Shown here piece by piece: positions 30,833 through 40,910 of a DNA stretch of 64,000 nucleotides. Source of the DNA: Synechococcus sp. (lineage in GTDB: Bacteria; Cyanobacteriota; Cyanobacteriia; PCC-6307; Cyanobiaceae); NCBI GenBank assembly GCA_047285535.1, contig JBJBDC010000001.1, positions 480,136 through 544,135 on the forward strand, in the 5' to 3' direction. The notes under the pieces are model-generated. The model did no database searches and had not been told where the DNA came from. It worked only from the letters and a program-made list of their open reading frames with translations. The first letter of the stretch is position 1; the number at the start of each line of letters is the position of its first letter. A program made the translations under genes and the position numbers.

Positions 30833-33558
30833 ACTGGAACGCAGGGACTGATGTTCTGTGGCCTTCGGTAGCCTTTCGGATCAAAAAAGGGGAAGTCTTA
30901 CTGGTCTCTAGAGGGAGTAGAGAGTTCGGACTTCTGCGACTGGAGCGAAACCTCGTTTACCCAGGTTTTCCCGATCAGGCTGGAGCACCTATCAGGCTTT
31001 ACCTTCGCGCCATCCAACCCAGTCGTCTGGCCTTGTTGAAGGTTGAAGATGACCTGCCTGGAAGACTCTGGCTCGATCGACATCTCAGTAGTGATCTTGC
31101 ATGCGATAGCTCAACCGAAGCCTTATCAGTCGAGCAGATCCTGCAGAAGCTTAATGCGTTGCATGCCCAAGCAGATGAACTCCACCAGATATTGCTGGAT
31201 GCTCACCGCCCTCTCAATGCTCGTCATGAAGCTCATCTCTTCTCAGAGATGGAGAGTGCTCCTGGTAGTAGTGAGATTCCATCCATACGGGCAAGATCCT
31301 CGTCCAACCAGTTGGCTCAAGACCCTCTCCTAAGCGGACTCACCCTGCTGTTTGGAAAAGACAAGCAACTGCTACCGCTTCCCCCGCATAAAACTGACCC
31401 TGATCCTAAAAAGCGTCTCAAGCAATTTCTCGATCGCACTGATCTCTTTGCCAGAGAAGTCGTTCTCGATCGGGCTGATCTCAACCAGGATTGTGGTGAC
31501 TTAATTGGTTTTGTCGATGATGACGAGAATGCAGTCGTCGTTCTGAAATCAACGTCTCAGGGCTATCTGGCCTGGCGACCTTGCCAAATGCCCCGACCTC
31601 TTCCGATTGAACAATGCTGGGGTTTGTTGGATGGTCTTTCCCCCAGGATGCTCTCCATCAGTCCAGCTTTCGGACCTGACGACCTCAGTACCTTCGGGCT
31701 ACTGCGCTTTGCCTACGGGAAACCCCAAAATACGTCGACGTTTGTGATCGGCGGGTTACTTGTTGGCATCATTTTTGGCTTTCTGCTTGCGATTGGACGA
31801 GAGGTGGGCGCTGCACGCTGGATCTTCGGCATGGGTTTTACCGGTCTGCTGACAGGAACCACTCTTGGGTTTCTCAGCGGTGGCTTTCGATTGGGCGTTG
31901 CCGTCATGCTTCTTTCAACACTTCTTGCGCTCTTAACTCCCACGTTCAACACCGTCATTACCAATCATGCACTCCCAGATCAAGACCTAGGGCTCCTGCT
32001 ACAAATCAGTTTGATTCTGGTCGTTGCGGGAGTCACCCGGGTCTGTTTTGAATGGATCCAAAGTCGGGCTGTTCAACTCAGTCAGCAGCGAGGTGCGGCC
32101 CGCTCTCAACTTGCTGGCATGCATCGATTGCTGCGCTTGCCAAGTGAGTTTTTTCGCCTACGCAATATCGGCGATCTCCAACTGCGTTTCGGAGCCCTCG
32201 ATCAATTACGTGGCGAAATTCAACAGCTGCTTGAGGGTGGTCTTCTAAGGCTGGTCCTCACCAGCATCTACATCCTTTTCATGCTGCGTATCAGCGTGAA
32301 GTTGACGGCATTAGCTCTCGTTGTTTCAGCTCTGATCCTGATACCTACAGCTCTCATCGGCTTGCAATCAAGGCCCCTGCAACGCCATCAAGAGGAGGCA
32401 GAAGCTCAAGCGCAGAGCCGAAATCTAGAACTGATCGGTTCCGTCTCCAAACTGCGTCTGGCCGGTTCCGAGAGTGCAGCTGCTCGTTGGTGGGGCGCAG
32501 AATTCCAAAAAATTGTCTCATTGGAAAATGCCCTTGATGCCAAAGAAGCCAGTGCTTCCCTCCTGAATGCTGTGATGCCCAATCTCGGCACCTTGTTGGT
32601 GTACGTGGTGGTGACTCGTCTGATTGCAGAAGCTGCTAGCACGTCAAGCCTGGACGCCCCCAATGTGGGTCAGTTGCTTGGATTCTTTTCTGCTTTCGGA
32701 ACCTTTATCGGTGCATCAGCAGGGTTTGCGGGTCTGCTCATCGGCGCTTTTGACATGCCGGTGATCTACGAGCGCGCCAGACCGATTCTCGAAACCAATC
32801 CTGAAACTACGGAATTTCGAGATGAAGCAGGCCTTTTGGAGGGTCGAATTCAGCTCGATCGTGTTCGCTATCGCTACTCCCAAGAACTGCCATTTGCGTT
32901 GGATGGGGTGAGCTTTGAAACTCATCCAGGAGAAATGCTCGCCATCGTCGGGCCATCTGGCTCCGGAAAATCGACAATTGTGCGCTTAATACTCGGTTTT
33001 GCTAATCCCGAAGATGGTGAGATCCGTTTCGATGGCCAACCCCTTAACGGCCTGCGACTGGACAGCGTGCGCCGCCAGATTGGGACAGTTCTCCAAACCA
33101 ACTCCCTGTTTGGCGGCACCCTGAAAGAAGCGATTGCTGGAGGTAGCCTGATCGAAGAGCAGGAGGCCTGGCACGCAGCAGAGCTTGCTGGTCTAGCAGA
33201 TGAAATTAGAGCCATGCCAATGGGACTCCAAACCGTAGTGAGTGACGGTGGAGGAACCCTTTCTGGTGGTCAACGACAACGCGTCGCCATCGCGAGAGCG
33301 CTGGTACGTCAGCCACGAATTCTGATCTTCGATGAAGCCACCAGCGCCCTGGACAATCGTACTCAGGCCATTGTTACTAAGAGCCTCGAATCATTGGCGA
33401 TCACTCGTCTCGTGATAGCTCATCGCCTCAGCACAGTCCGTCGTGCGGATCGAATTGTGGTGCTAAACGAAGGGCAGGTCCTTGAACAGGGCACCTGCGA
33501 CATGTTGATGCAACGCAAGGGCTTGTTCTTTCGAATGATGCAGCGCCAGATCACATGA
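30829..33558 (+). CDS. NHLM/Nif11-type peptide-export ABC transporter, permease/ATP-binding subunit without peptidase
   Basis: Transmembrane domain, GPSGSGKST, LSGGQRQR, IFDEATSALD, IAHRLST. ATG overlaps the upstream TGA. Confidence 0.9.
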   Translation: MNWNAGTDVLWPSVAFRIKKGEVLLVSRGSREFGLLRLERNLVYPGFPDQAGAPIRLYLRAIQPSRLALLKVEDDLPGRLWLDRHLSSDLACDSSTEALSVEQILQKLNALHAQADELHQILLDAHRPLNARHEAHLFSEMESAPGSSEIPSIRARSSSNQLAQDPLLSGLTLLFGKDKQLLPLPPHKTDPDPKKRLKQFLDRTDLFAREVVLDRADLNQDCGDLIGFVDDDENAVVVLKSTSQGYLAWRPCQMPRPLPIEQCWGLLDGLSPRMLSISPAFGPDDLSTFGLLRFAYGKPQNTSTFVIGGLLVGIIFGFLLAIGREVGAARWIFGMGFTGLLTGTTLGFLSGGFRLGVAVMLLSTLLALLTPTFNTVITNHALPDQDLGLLLQISLILVVAGVTRVCFEWIQSRAVQLSQQRGAARSQLAGMHRLLRLPSEFFRLRNIGDLQLRFGALDQLRGEIQQLLEGGLLRLVLTSIYILFMLRISVKLTALALVVSALILIPTALIGLQSRPLQRHQEEAEAQAQSRNLELIGSVSKLRLAGSESAAARWWGAEFQKIVSLENALDAKEASASLLNAVMPNLGTLLVYVVVTRLIAEAASTSSLDAPNVGQLLGFFSAFGTFIGASAGFAGLLIGAFDMPVIYERARPILETNPETTEFRDEAGLLEGRIQLDRVRYRYSQELPFALDGVSFETHPGEMLAIVGPSGSGKSTIVRLILGFANPEDGEIRFDGQPLNGLRLDSVRRQIGTVLQTNSLFGGTLKEAIAGGSLIEEQEAWHAAELAGLADEIRAMPMGLQTVVSDGGGTLSGGQRQRVAIARALVRQPRILIFDEATSALDNRTQAIVTKSLESLAITRLVIAHRLSTVRRADRIVVLNEGQVLEQGTCDMLMQRKGLFFRMMQRQIT

Positions 33559-34676
33559 GCCTCTTCCGTAAGAACGCGTTAGATCATCTCTCTAGTCCGG
33601 AGAAACTCGATCAACCTCTTCGCCTCCTTCGTCCCGGGCAATGGTTGCTATTGCTCTCCCTGGGTGGTTTCTGCATCACGATCACCATCTGGGCGGTGTT
33701 TGGACGTCTCCCGGTCCGTATCAGCGGCAAAGGATTATTGATCCGCTCCAATAGCCTGACGGTGGTGCAGAGCGAGGCCGCAGGACGGATCCTTGAGCTG
33801 AACTTCACCATCGGTGATTGCGTGAAGCGTGGGCAGCTGATGGCTCGTATCGATCCTGTTTCCCAGGAAATCAGCAAAAAGGAAGCGGAAATGCAGCTGG
33901 ATCATTTGATCAGCCAGGACCAGCAGGAAGATCACCTTGGAGCGATCCGTATTCGACAGCTACGAGCAGAAATTTCCCGGATCGCGAAGTTGACCCAATC
34001 CGGCGCGATCTCTATCGATCAATTGAGTCAGCGCCAGAAAGAATTAAGCGGTTTGGAGGACTCTCTTGAAGCTCGTGATGGTCAGCGTGAACAGCAGATC
34101 AAACAGCAGGAGGCACGCATCAATGCCCGCAACGAGGAGATCGAGCGTATCGCTCAGATCAGGGCGCCGATCGATGGCTGTGTCATCGATCGAAATGTGC
34201 ACCGGGGTGAGGTTGTCCAGCCTGGTAATACGTTGTTCACCTTAGAGACAGGTTCTGGACAGACCCCGCTAGAAAGCTTGGCTTTCTTTCAAGCTGGGGA
34301 CGGCAAACGGATCAGCATCGGGCAGAGGGTGCGCATCAGTCCCACCAGCACCAATCAGCAACGCCATGGCGGCATACAGGGCCAAGTGCTCAGCGTGAGG
34401 CGCTTGCCGGTGAGCGATAAGGCGCTGATAAAACGCCTTGGTCTGGAGTCTCTCTTAGATGCTGTGCGCAGTGAACAAAAGGGACCACTGATCGAGGTGA
34501 AGACCTCTCTAGAACGTGATCCAACGACCGTGAGCGGCTACGACTGGGGTGGAAGTGTAGGGCCTGACTTGACGCTCACTACCGGAACACCAACCAATGT
34601 GAGGGTATTAGTTGAGGAACGGCGACCGATCAGTTACGTCATCCCAATTATGAGAGACCTAACGGGCATCTACTGA
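33555..34676 (+). CDS. NHLM-type HlyD family secretion (membrane fusion) protein
   Basis: MSLFRKNALDHLSSPEKLDQ, one TM helix, coiled coil, IRAPIDG, RRPISYVIP. Confidence 0.9.
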   Translation: MSLFRKNALDHLSSPEKLDQPLRLLRPGQWLLLLSLGGFCITITIWAVFGRLPVRISGKGLLIRSNSLTVVQSEAAGRILELNFTIGDCVKRGQLMARIDPVSQEISKKEAEMQLDHLISQDQQEDHLGAIRIRQLRAEISRIAKLTQSGAISIDQLSQRQKELSGLEDSLEARDGQREQQIKQQEARINARNEEIERIAQIRAPIDGCVIDRNVHRGEVVQPGNTLFTLETGSGQTPLESLAFFQAGDGKRISIGQRVRISPTSTNQQRHGGIQGQVLSVRRLPVSDKALIKRLGLESLLDAVRSEQKGPLIEVKTSLERDPTTVSGYDWGGSVGPDLTLTTGTPTNVRVLVEERRPISYVIPIMRDLTGIY

Positions 34677-36823
34677 TGGAGCGAACTCCCACCGTTCTGC
34701 AAATGGAGGCCACCGAATGTGGAGCGGCCTCGCTCAGTATCATTCTTCAGCACTATGGTCGCTATGTCCCGCTTACTCAATTAAGGGAGCTTTGTGGTGT
34801 GTCGCGCGACGGCACGGATGCGGCCAATCTGATTCTGGCCGCACGCACATTTGGACTCGAGGCTAAGGGCTTCCAAAAAGGTCTATCGACCTTGGAAAAG
34901 ATGAAGGCCCCCGCCATCCTGTTTTGGGAGTTCAATCACTTTTTAGTCTTTGAAGGATTCAAAGATGACCGTGTCGCTCTTAATGATCCCGCACTAGGTC
35001 CGCGGACCGTGTCTCGAGAAGACTTCGATCGGAGCTATACAGGCATTGTTCTGACCATGGAACCTGGGCCCGAATTTGTTCGGGGTGGTCAGGCTCCATC
35101 CTTTTGGCCCATCGTGCGCCGACGGCTCACGAGTGAGCCGTCAGGTGTTCTTTTCTCCCTGATCGCTGGACTGCTGTTGATCCTTCCCCAACTGGTAATG
35201 CCCATTTATGCCCAGATCTATTTAGATGAGGTGATCGGTAACAGCATGAACCAATGGCTCAAGCCAATGCTTTGGGCTATGGCCTTAACCATCGGTTTAC
35301 AGGTTGTGCTGAAACATCTGCAACTGATCGGCACCAGGAGACTGGAAAAACGACTCACACGCCGTTTTTCGATTGGCTTTGAACACCAAATCCTGGCTTT
35401 GCCAGAAAGGTTTTACAGCCAGCGTCATGTTTCTGATATTGCAGGGCGGATGCAAATCAACGCCAACATCGCTGAATTCATAGGAGGGCGATTGATTCCA
35501 GTTGTCACTGGATTGGTTTTGCTGATCTTTTATTTGATATTGACTTTCCTCTACAGCCCATGGCTTGGATCCCTGATTCTTGGCAGTACAGCCATTAATG
35601 CGATAGCAGTACGGCTCAATCTGCGAGCGCAGAAGGATGCCAGCCTCACGATTCAAAAAGATGCAGCAAAAAGTAGTTCAGTGGTGGTCAATGCCATGCG
35701 GGACATCGAAACCATCAAGGCTGCCGCAATCGAGCAGGACGTTTTTCGTCGGTTTGCTGGCTATCAAAGCCGATTGCTGAACACGCTTCAAGATCTTCAG
35801 CTTCGTAATGCGAAGTTGCGGCTCATTCCGAATGCCCTCACCACTTTCAACGAAGTGACGGTTCTGCTGCTTGGCTTTTTGCTCGTGATTCGCGGTCAGC
35901 TGACTTTAGGCATGCTTCTTGCCGCCCAAACGATTGCCTTCAGCCTGAAAGGCCAACTTGAAAGTGTGATTGGTTTTGTCCAGCAGCTACCCGAATTTGA
36001 AGCAGGTGTTCTGCGATTAGAAGATGTTCTCGAGCAACCTCGTGACCCACTGTTGGAGAGTGATCCTGAGTTGATTCTCAACTCCAAACGTTCTCGGTTG
36101 AGCGGGGCTATTGAAATTCGTGACCTCAGCTTTGGCTTCGTAGCGATTCAACCACCGTTGATCAAAGACATTTCTCTATCCATTCAACCAGGCATGCGAA
36201 TCGCTCTTGTTGGTGGGAGTGGAAGCGGTAAAAGCACCCTGGCGAAATTGATTGCTGGCCTACACCAGCCCAGTGGGGGAGAGATTCTTTTCGATGATCA
36301 AACTCTTCTCACAATCCCAAGAGCCGTTGCGGTGAGTTCCCTTGCCATGGTTCAGCAAGAGATTCAACTCTTCGGATGCAGTGTTCGTGACAACCTTACC
36401 CTTTGGAACCAAGCAATTCAAGAAAGAGATTTGCTGGAAGCTTGCCGAGATGCGGAGATTCTTGATGTGGTTCGAGGACTTCCCGATGGACTCGACACTA
36501 TTCTTTCTGAAGGTGGACGGAACCTTTCAGGGGGGCAACGCCAAAGACTTGAGCTTGCTCGTGCGCTTGTAACCAATCCAAGCATTTTGATCATGGATGA
36601 GGCCACCGCTGCTTTAGATGCTGATACAGAGCAGCGCGTCATCAGCAATCTACGTATGAGGGGGTGCACTCAAATCATTGTTGCGCACCGGCTCAGTACG
36701 ATCAGAGATGCAGATCAGATCCTTGTGATGAAGCAAGGACAAATCATTCAACAAGGAACACACGAAGAATTATTTAATGATCAATCTGGTCCTTACGTTC
36801 AACTTTTAGAGGAGGTTGTCTGA
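34676..36823 (+). CDS. Peptidase C39-containing ABC transporter (PCAT), NHLM type
   Basis: TPTVLQMEATECGAASL (Cys), FNHFLV (His), LNDPA (Asp), GGSGSGKST, LSGGQRQR. Confidence 0.93.
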   Translation: MERTPTVLQMEATECGAASLSIILQHYGRYVPLTQLRELCGVSRDGTDAANLILAARTFGLEAKGFQKGLSTLEKMKAPAILFWEFNHFLVFEGFKDDRVALNDPALGPRTVSREDFDRSYTGIVLTMEPGPEFVRGGQAPSFWPIVRRRLTSEPSGVLFSLIAGLLLILPQLVMPIYAQIYLDEVIGNSMNQWLKPMLWAMALTIGLQVVLKHLQLIGTRRLEKRLTRRFSIGFEHQILALPERFYSQRHVSDIAGRMQINANIAEFIGGRLIPVVTGLVLLIFYLILTFLYSPWLGSLILGSTAINAIAVRLNLRAQKDASLTIQKDAAKSSSVVVNAMRDIETIKAAAIEQDVFRRFAGYQSRLLNTLQDLQLRNAKLRLIPNALTTFNEVTVLLLGFLLVIRGQLTLGMLLAAQTIAFSLKGQLESVIGFVQQLPEFEAGVLRLEDVLEQPRDPLLESDPELILNSKRSRLSGAIEIRDLSFGFVAIQPPLIKDISLSIQPGMRIALVGGSGSGKSTLAKLIAGLHQPSGGEILFDDQTLLTIPRAVAVSSLAMVQQEIQLFGCSVRDNLTLWNQAIQERDLLEACRDAEILDVVRGLPDGLDTILSEGGRNLSGGQRQRLELARALVTNPSILIMDEATAALDADTEQRVISNLRMRGCTQIIVAHRLSTIRDADQILVMKQGQIIQQGTHEELFNDQSGPYVQLLEEVV

Positions 36824-38350
36824 TGGTTTTCATTCAGCCTGTTCCTGCTGCATCGAATCTGGGAAAAACTATCCCCCAGAGCCCTGCCTAAGGATCCAGG
36901 CGAATCTGCTCAGCATCTTGACGATTGTCTCTTTGTTACTGCCAAGTGTCTGATTGACTCATCAACTTCCGCCTCCACCGTTGAGTCTTTCCTTGATCGT
37001 CTCGCTGATGATTCTCATCCTCACTTTGAGGGTGATGTAGTTGAAGAACATACCTGTGCTTGCTGACCCAATCTCTACGTACATCGATCAATCGTCTTGG
37101 GCTGTTCAGTGTCGTAGGACTCTTCAGCTGGTCATTGTTGTTTCTTCCTTCTGAACTGGGTTGTGGAAAACCATCACAAAAATTGTCCAAGACTTCTTCA
37201 GTTTGGTGGTTGCAACGGCAATCACCCTGATTGTGATTGACCGAGATTTCAAGGTTGATTTAGCTGGACTTGCTGCGACCTCAACATTCATCACCGAGGT
37301 TGTCGCTCTTTCTGTCCAAAAAACACTCAAACCTCTCTCTGCCGCTGTTTCTCTTCCGGTTGACTCCTCTTTTGATCAGGGCGGCTGAATCGACTTAGCC
37401 TTCACCCGTGGCATAGGCATTCCTCTGCGTCGGATGTCGAGCGCTGACGCACCAGCGAGGTCTACATCACCGTCTTGCCAATGAGATATATCTCCTTCGA
37501 AGGCCTCCGCCGAACTAAGTCATCAGAGCCTTGCGTCTGATCTTCGAGATCGGATGGACTGCAGCCTGCTCAGTTCCAAGCCATCGAGCTCCTCAAACGC
37601 GCTGATGAACAACAGAAAGGTGTACATGGTTCCGGCTTCAATGCTTTGGCTCAGAAACTTTGAAGACATCACTCTTGTCTAAAAAATCCGCACCTGGTAG
37701 GCCTGGCCATGGAGCAGCACCAACGGTGCACTGATCTGATCGAGCCAATCTAATACTGCCTTCAACGTATCAACTCAGTGAATACCTTTGCCCATCCCCG
37801 ACTTTCAAGTAAAGGCCTCAACAGCAAAGTTTCTATCGAAAACGTTAAATCGGCAGTGCCTTCAATCCTTTTTAGTTCAAGTCAAACTTTTTAGTCAGTT
37901 CACACCGATCAGCTCCTTCAACACGCTAAGCCAGCTTGCCGCAAAAGTTACGATCCTGGTCAGCGTGTTATAAGCCAAGCTGAATAAGGCAACAGTCTTT
38001 TGATCGTCATGGGCGCAAGCCTCGATGTCATGCGCAATACACCCCAAGGAGGACTTGTTCTGGTGAACACTCTGACGTGGGCTGCTGTCTTGGGTGAAAT
38101 GGTTTTATGCAAGGGTGCACCGGGATCAGCCAATGCAATTTGGAACGTGAAGTGTGTTCTGCTCGACATTCAACGACTACATCTGATCCAACAGATAGAG
38201 GAGAACCCTCAGAATCTTGAGACGATGGGCACTCTTATGGCTCATCGTCGGCAAACTTTGCAATCGATTAGCGAAGAGAGGGCTGAAACTCGAATCCAGA
38301 CACTCATCGGCTGCATTCAGTCTCTCCAGACAAGCATGGGGCAATCATGA
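36823..38350 (+). pseudogene. MscS mechanosensitive channel fused to a cNMP-binding domain (bCNG-like), pseudogene
   Basis: Fragment VDLAGLAATSTFITEVVALSVQKTLKPLSAAVSLPVDSSFDQGG*IDL (MscS TM2-TM3, PF..GDWI region) and C-terminal LGEMVLCKGAPGSANA (cNMP). ATG at 36823 overlaps the PCAT stop; the final TGA overlaps the cyclase ATG. Confidence 0.85.
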
Positions 38351-40233
38351 AGCTCTGGCTCCAGCGCTTAGCGCCGTATGCCTTCGCAAGCGCGCTGCTG
38401 CTCGGACTTCAATACTCACCTGCTGTAGAGCCATTCAACTTGCTTGTCTACGATCTTGTGAGCACCTTGCGTGGCAGGTACTCGCCTCAACTTCCGAATG
38501 ACATCGCAATCGTTGCGATCGATGAGGCCGAAATTGATCGCTACAACTGGCCGATAGCTGATTCCTATCTCTGTGATGCAATCCGCCAATTGGATTTACT
38601 TGATGTCAAAGCGATCGGTTTGGATCTCTACCGAAACCAGAGCATCCCAACCTCTGACCGCTGCCTAAGTCAACTCGTAGCCGATAACCCCCGACTGATC
38701 TCTATTCACAACATTGCAGAATCAATTCCAGCCATTCCTAATACTCCAGCTCAACAACAGGCATTCAACGACATCGTTGTGGATGCGGATCGGGTGGTAC
38801 GTCGCGATTTGGTTCACGTTGGCGGACAGGACAAACGCACACGTTCCTTACCTTTACGTCTTTTAGAGACAGCACGCCATGATCACAATCTGGCTGAACG
38901 ACTTGAAAGCATGGAGTCGTCCATCTGGTTAGAGCCAGGATCTGGCGGTTATCAGCGTCTGGATTCTGCTGGTTACCAAACAATGTTGGCTGTCTACCCA
39001 TCAAGCCGATATCCCATCATTGGTTTACATGATTTCCTCAATGGGCGGTATGACCCTGACCAACTTCAGGACCGAATTGTTCTAATTGGAAGCACTGCTG
39101 CCTCCCTCAAAGATCAATTTGAGATTCCCAACAGTCGTTGGCATCAGGGTGATCGATTTCTTGAGCTGCCTGGGGTCGAGATCCATGCTCAGAGATTGGA
39201 ATCATTGCAAAACCTCTTACTTCATAACCAGGCCCAGATCCGTGTGGCCTCACCTCTACATCGTCTACTTTTGTTGGCAGCCATGGTTCTTTTAGGCATT
39301 GCCTTGGCAGAACGTCCGTCAGGAATTCGACGAAGTGCTCTTCTGCTTGTTCTGTGTGGATGCACCCTCATTGGTGCCGTGGTCATGGTCCTTATTCAAG
39401 GCATCTGGATTGGTGTTGCGATGCCCCTGGCTGGTCTGATTGTGTTTGGCAGCAGCGGCATTCTGAGGCGAGGGGCTATCAGTCAGAACCATCAAAAAGA
39501 GATGCGCCAACTTCTCGGTCAAGCGACTTCACCAGCTGTCGCACAGCAGCTATGGAACCAGCGTACAGAGCTCATTCAGGACGGACGCTTCACTGGTAGA
39601 GAGCAATTAGTGACAATTTTATTCAGTGATATTTGCAACTTCACTCAGGTGTCAGAGCAACTCAGCCCAGCAGAGTTGATCAATTGGTTAAATCAAGGGA
39701 TAGCGATTGGTGTTGATGCGGTCACCAGCCATGGGGGCATGGTGAATAAATTTACCGGGGATGGAATGCTCGCCGTTTTTGGTGCACCTGTCTCCGCTGG
39801 TAGTGAAGTTGAAGCTCAGCAAGCACTCGCCGCTGCAAAGGCTATTCAGGTTGCAATTTTTAATCTGAATCAAACCCTAATGTCCCGAGGTGAATCAACG
39901 TTGCGTCTGCGAATTGGCATTCATTCTGGAAAGGTTATCACTGGATCAATCGGTAGTCGTGAGCGGCTGGAGTACGCCGTTATTGGAGATACGGTGAACT
40001 GTGCATCTCGTTTAGAGAGTTTCTGCAAGGAAAACAACCAAGGATTTGTCCGCGTTCTGGTCTCTTCTACTACTCTTCTTTTAGCTGGAGAAAGTCTTCA
40101 TCAAACTAACTTGAAGGAATGGGGGCTAATTAATGTTAAAGGGCGCCAAGAACCCCTGATAGCCTTTGAACTGATGACTCAAGATTGTTTTAGAAACACA
40201 TCACAGGCACCTCCTGAGGCCACTGAGAATTGA
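38347..40233 (+). CDS. CHASE2-domain class III adenylate cyclase
   Basis: CHASE2 motifs (IAIVAIDE, AIGLDLYR, IVLIG, PGVEIHAQ), three TM helices, cyclase motifs TILFSDI, KFTGDG, RIGIHSG, IGDTVNCASRLE. Lys in KFTGD suggests ATP specificity. Confidence 0.93.
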   Translation: MKLWLQRLAPYAFASALLLGLQYSPAVEPFNLLVYDLVSTLRGRYSPQLPNDIAIVAIDEAEIDRYNWPIADSYLCDAIRQLDLLDVKAIGLDLYRNQSIPTSDRCLSQLVADNPRLISIHNIAESIPAIPNTPAQQQAFNDIVVDADRVVRRDLVHVGGQDKRTRSLPLRLLETARHDHNLAERLESMESSIWLEPGSGGYQRLDSAGYQTMLAVYPSSRYPIIGLHDFLNGRYDPDQLQDRIVLIGSTAASLKDQFEIPNSRWHQGDRFLELPGVEIHAQRLESLQNLLLHNQAQIRVASPLHRLLLLAAMVLLGIALAERPSGIRRSALLLVLCGCTLIGAVVMVLIQGIWIGVAMPLAGLIVFGSSGILRRGAISQNHQKEMRQLLGQATSPAVAQQLWNQRTELIQDGRFTGREQLVTILFSDICNFTQVSEQLSPAELINWLNQGIAIGVDAVTSHGGMVNKFTGDGMLAVFGAPVSAGSEVEAQQALAAAKAIQVAIFNLNQTLMSRGESTLRLRIGIHSGKVITGSIGSRERLEYAVIGDTVNCASRLESFCKENNQGFVRVLVSSTTLLLAGESLHQTNLKEWGLINVKGRQEPLIAFELMTQDCFRNTSQAPPEATEN

Positions 40234-40804
40234 TTACATCTTCAAGTCCAAAGAGGAGTTTGATTTTGGAAAGTGGGACTTTCGAATCGCAGGTTAGTAG
40301 CAATTCCTTAAGTTGATCTTGAACTGCAGAATCAATGAGACGCGACTCATCGACAAGCAGACTCTTGGCTGGTGGACTCTCCACACCGATAAAACCAAAT
40401 TCGTCACCAGCTTGTGATTCAGCACACCTATAGGCTGATTCCCAGACTATTGGAAATAGTTGAGTCTGGAGAAGTCGCAACAGCACAAGTCGGGGACCTG
40501 AAGAGACAATGGACCGCATGAAAACAGGTTTGTTCCGCTTGAGAAGCGAAATTTCAATTGGTTTGGGATCTCTAGACGGCCCTTCGAGCCAACCAATCAC
40601 GCCTTCTTTCCCTGGCGCAAACACACTCGACTCTGGAACCAGGTGAACGATTAGACGCGAAACGCATTCTCCTCGCGTTCCTCCGCCAACCCTTCTGCCA
40701 GGAAAGCTATTACGAGACTGGGACCAGCTCTGCTCAGGGTGAATGCCTGTTCCCAGAACCATTAAGGCTGCAGACGTCACAATGGAGCGAATGGGCGAGA
40801 TCAC
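40190..40804 (-). CDS. DUF928-like exported protein
   Basis: Signal-peptide-like N-terminus then FPGRRVGGGTRGEC, typical of DUF928; lies between CHAT and CHASE2 genes. Confidence 0.7.
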   Translation of the reverse strand: MISPIRSIVTSAALMVLGTGIHPEQSWSQSRNSFPGRRVGGGTRGECVSRLIVHLVPESSVFAPGKEGVIGWLEGPSRDPKPIEISLLKRNKPVFMRSIVSSGPRLVLLRLLQTQLFPIVWESAYRCAESQAGDEFGFIGVESPPAKSLLVDESRLIDSAVQDQLKELLLTCDSKVPLSKIKLLFGLEDVINSQWPQEVPVMCF

Positions 40805-40878
40805 GGCAGGATTTCGACTCTATGGCTGCAGAATGCCCCGATCTTTAGCAATTGGCCTTGATTTCGGTCATTTTCAAA

Positions 40879-40894
40879 TGTGATTCAGATCACA
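40879..40894. promoter_or_regulatory. CRP binding site
   Basis: aaaTGTGAttcagaTCACAa, a perfect TGTGA-N6-TCACA, intergenic, ~75 bp upstream of the DUF928-like gene. Confidence 0.8.
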
Positions 40895-40910
40895 AGCGGC
40901 ATAAAGACAA

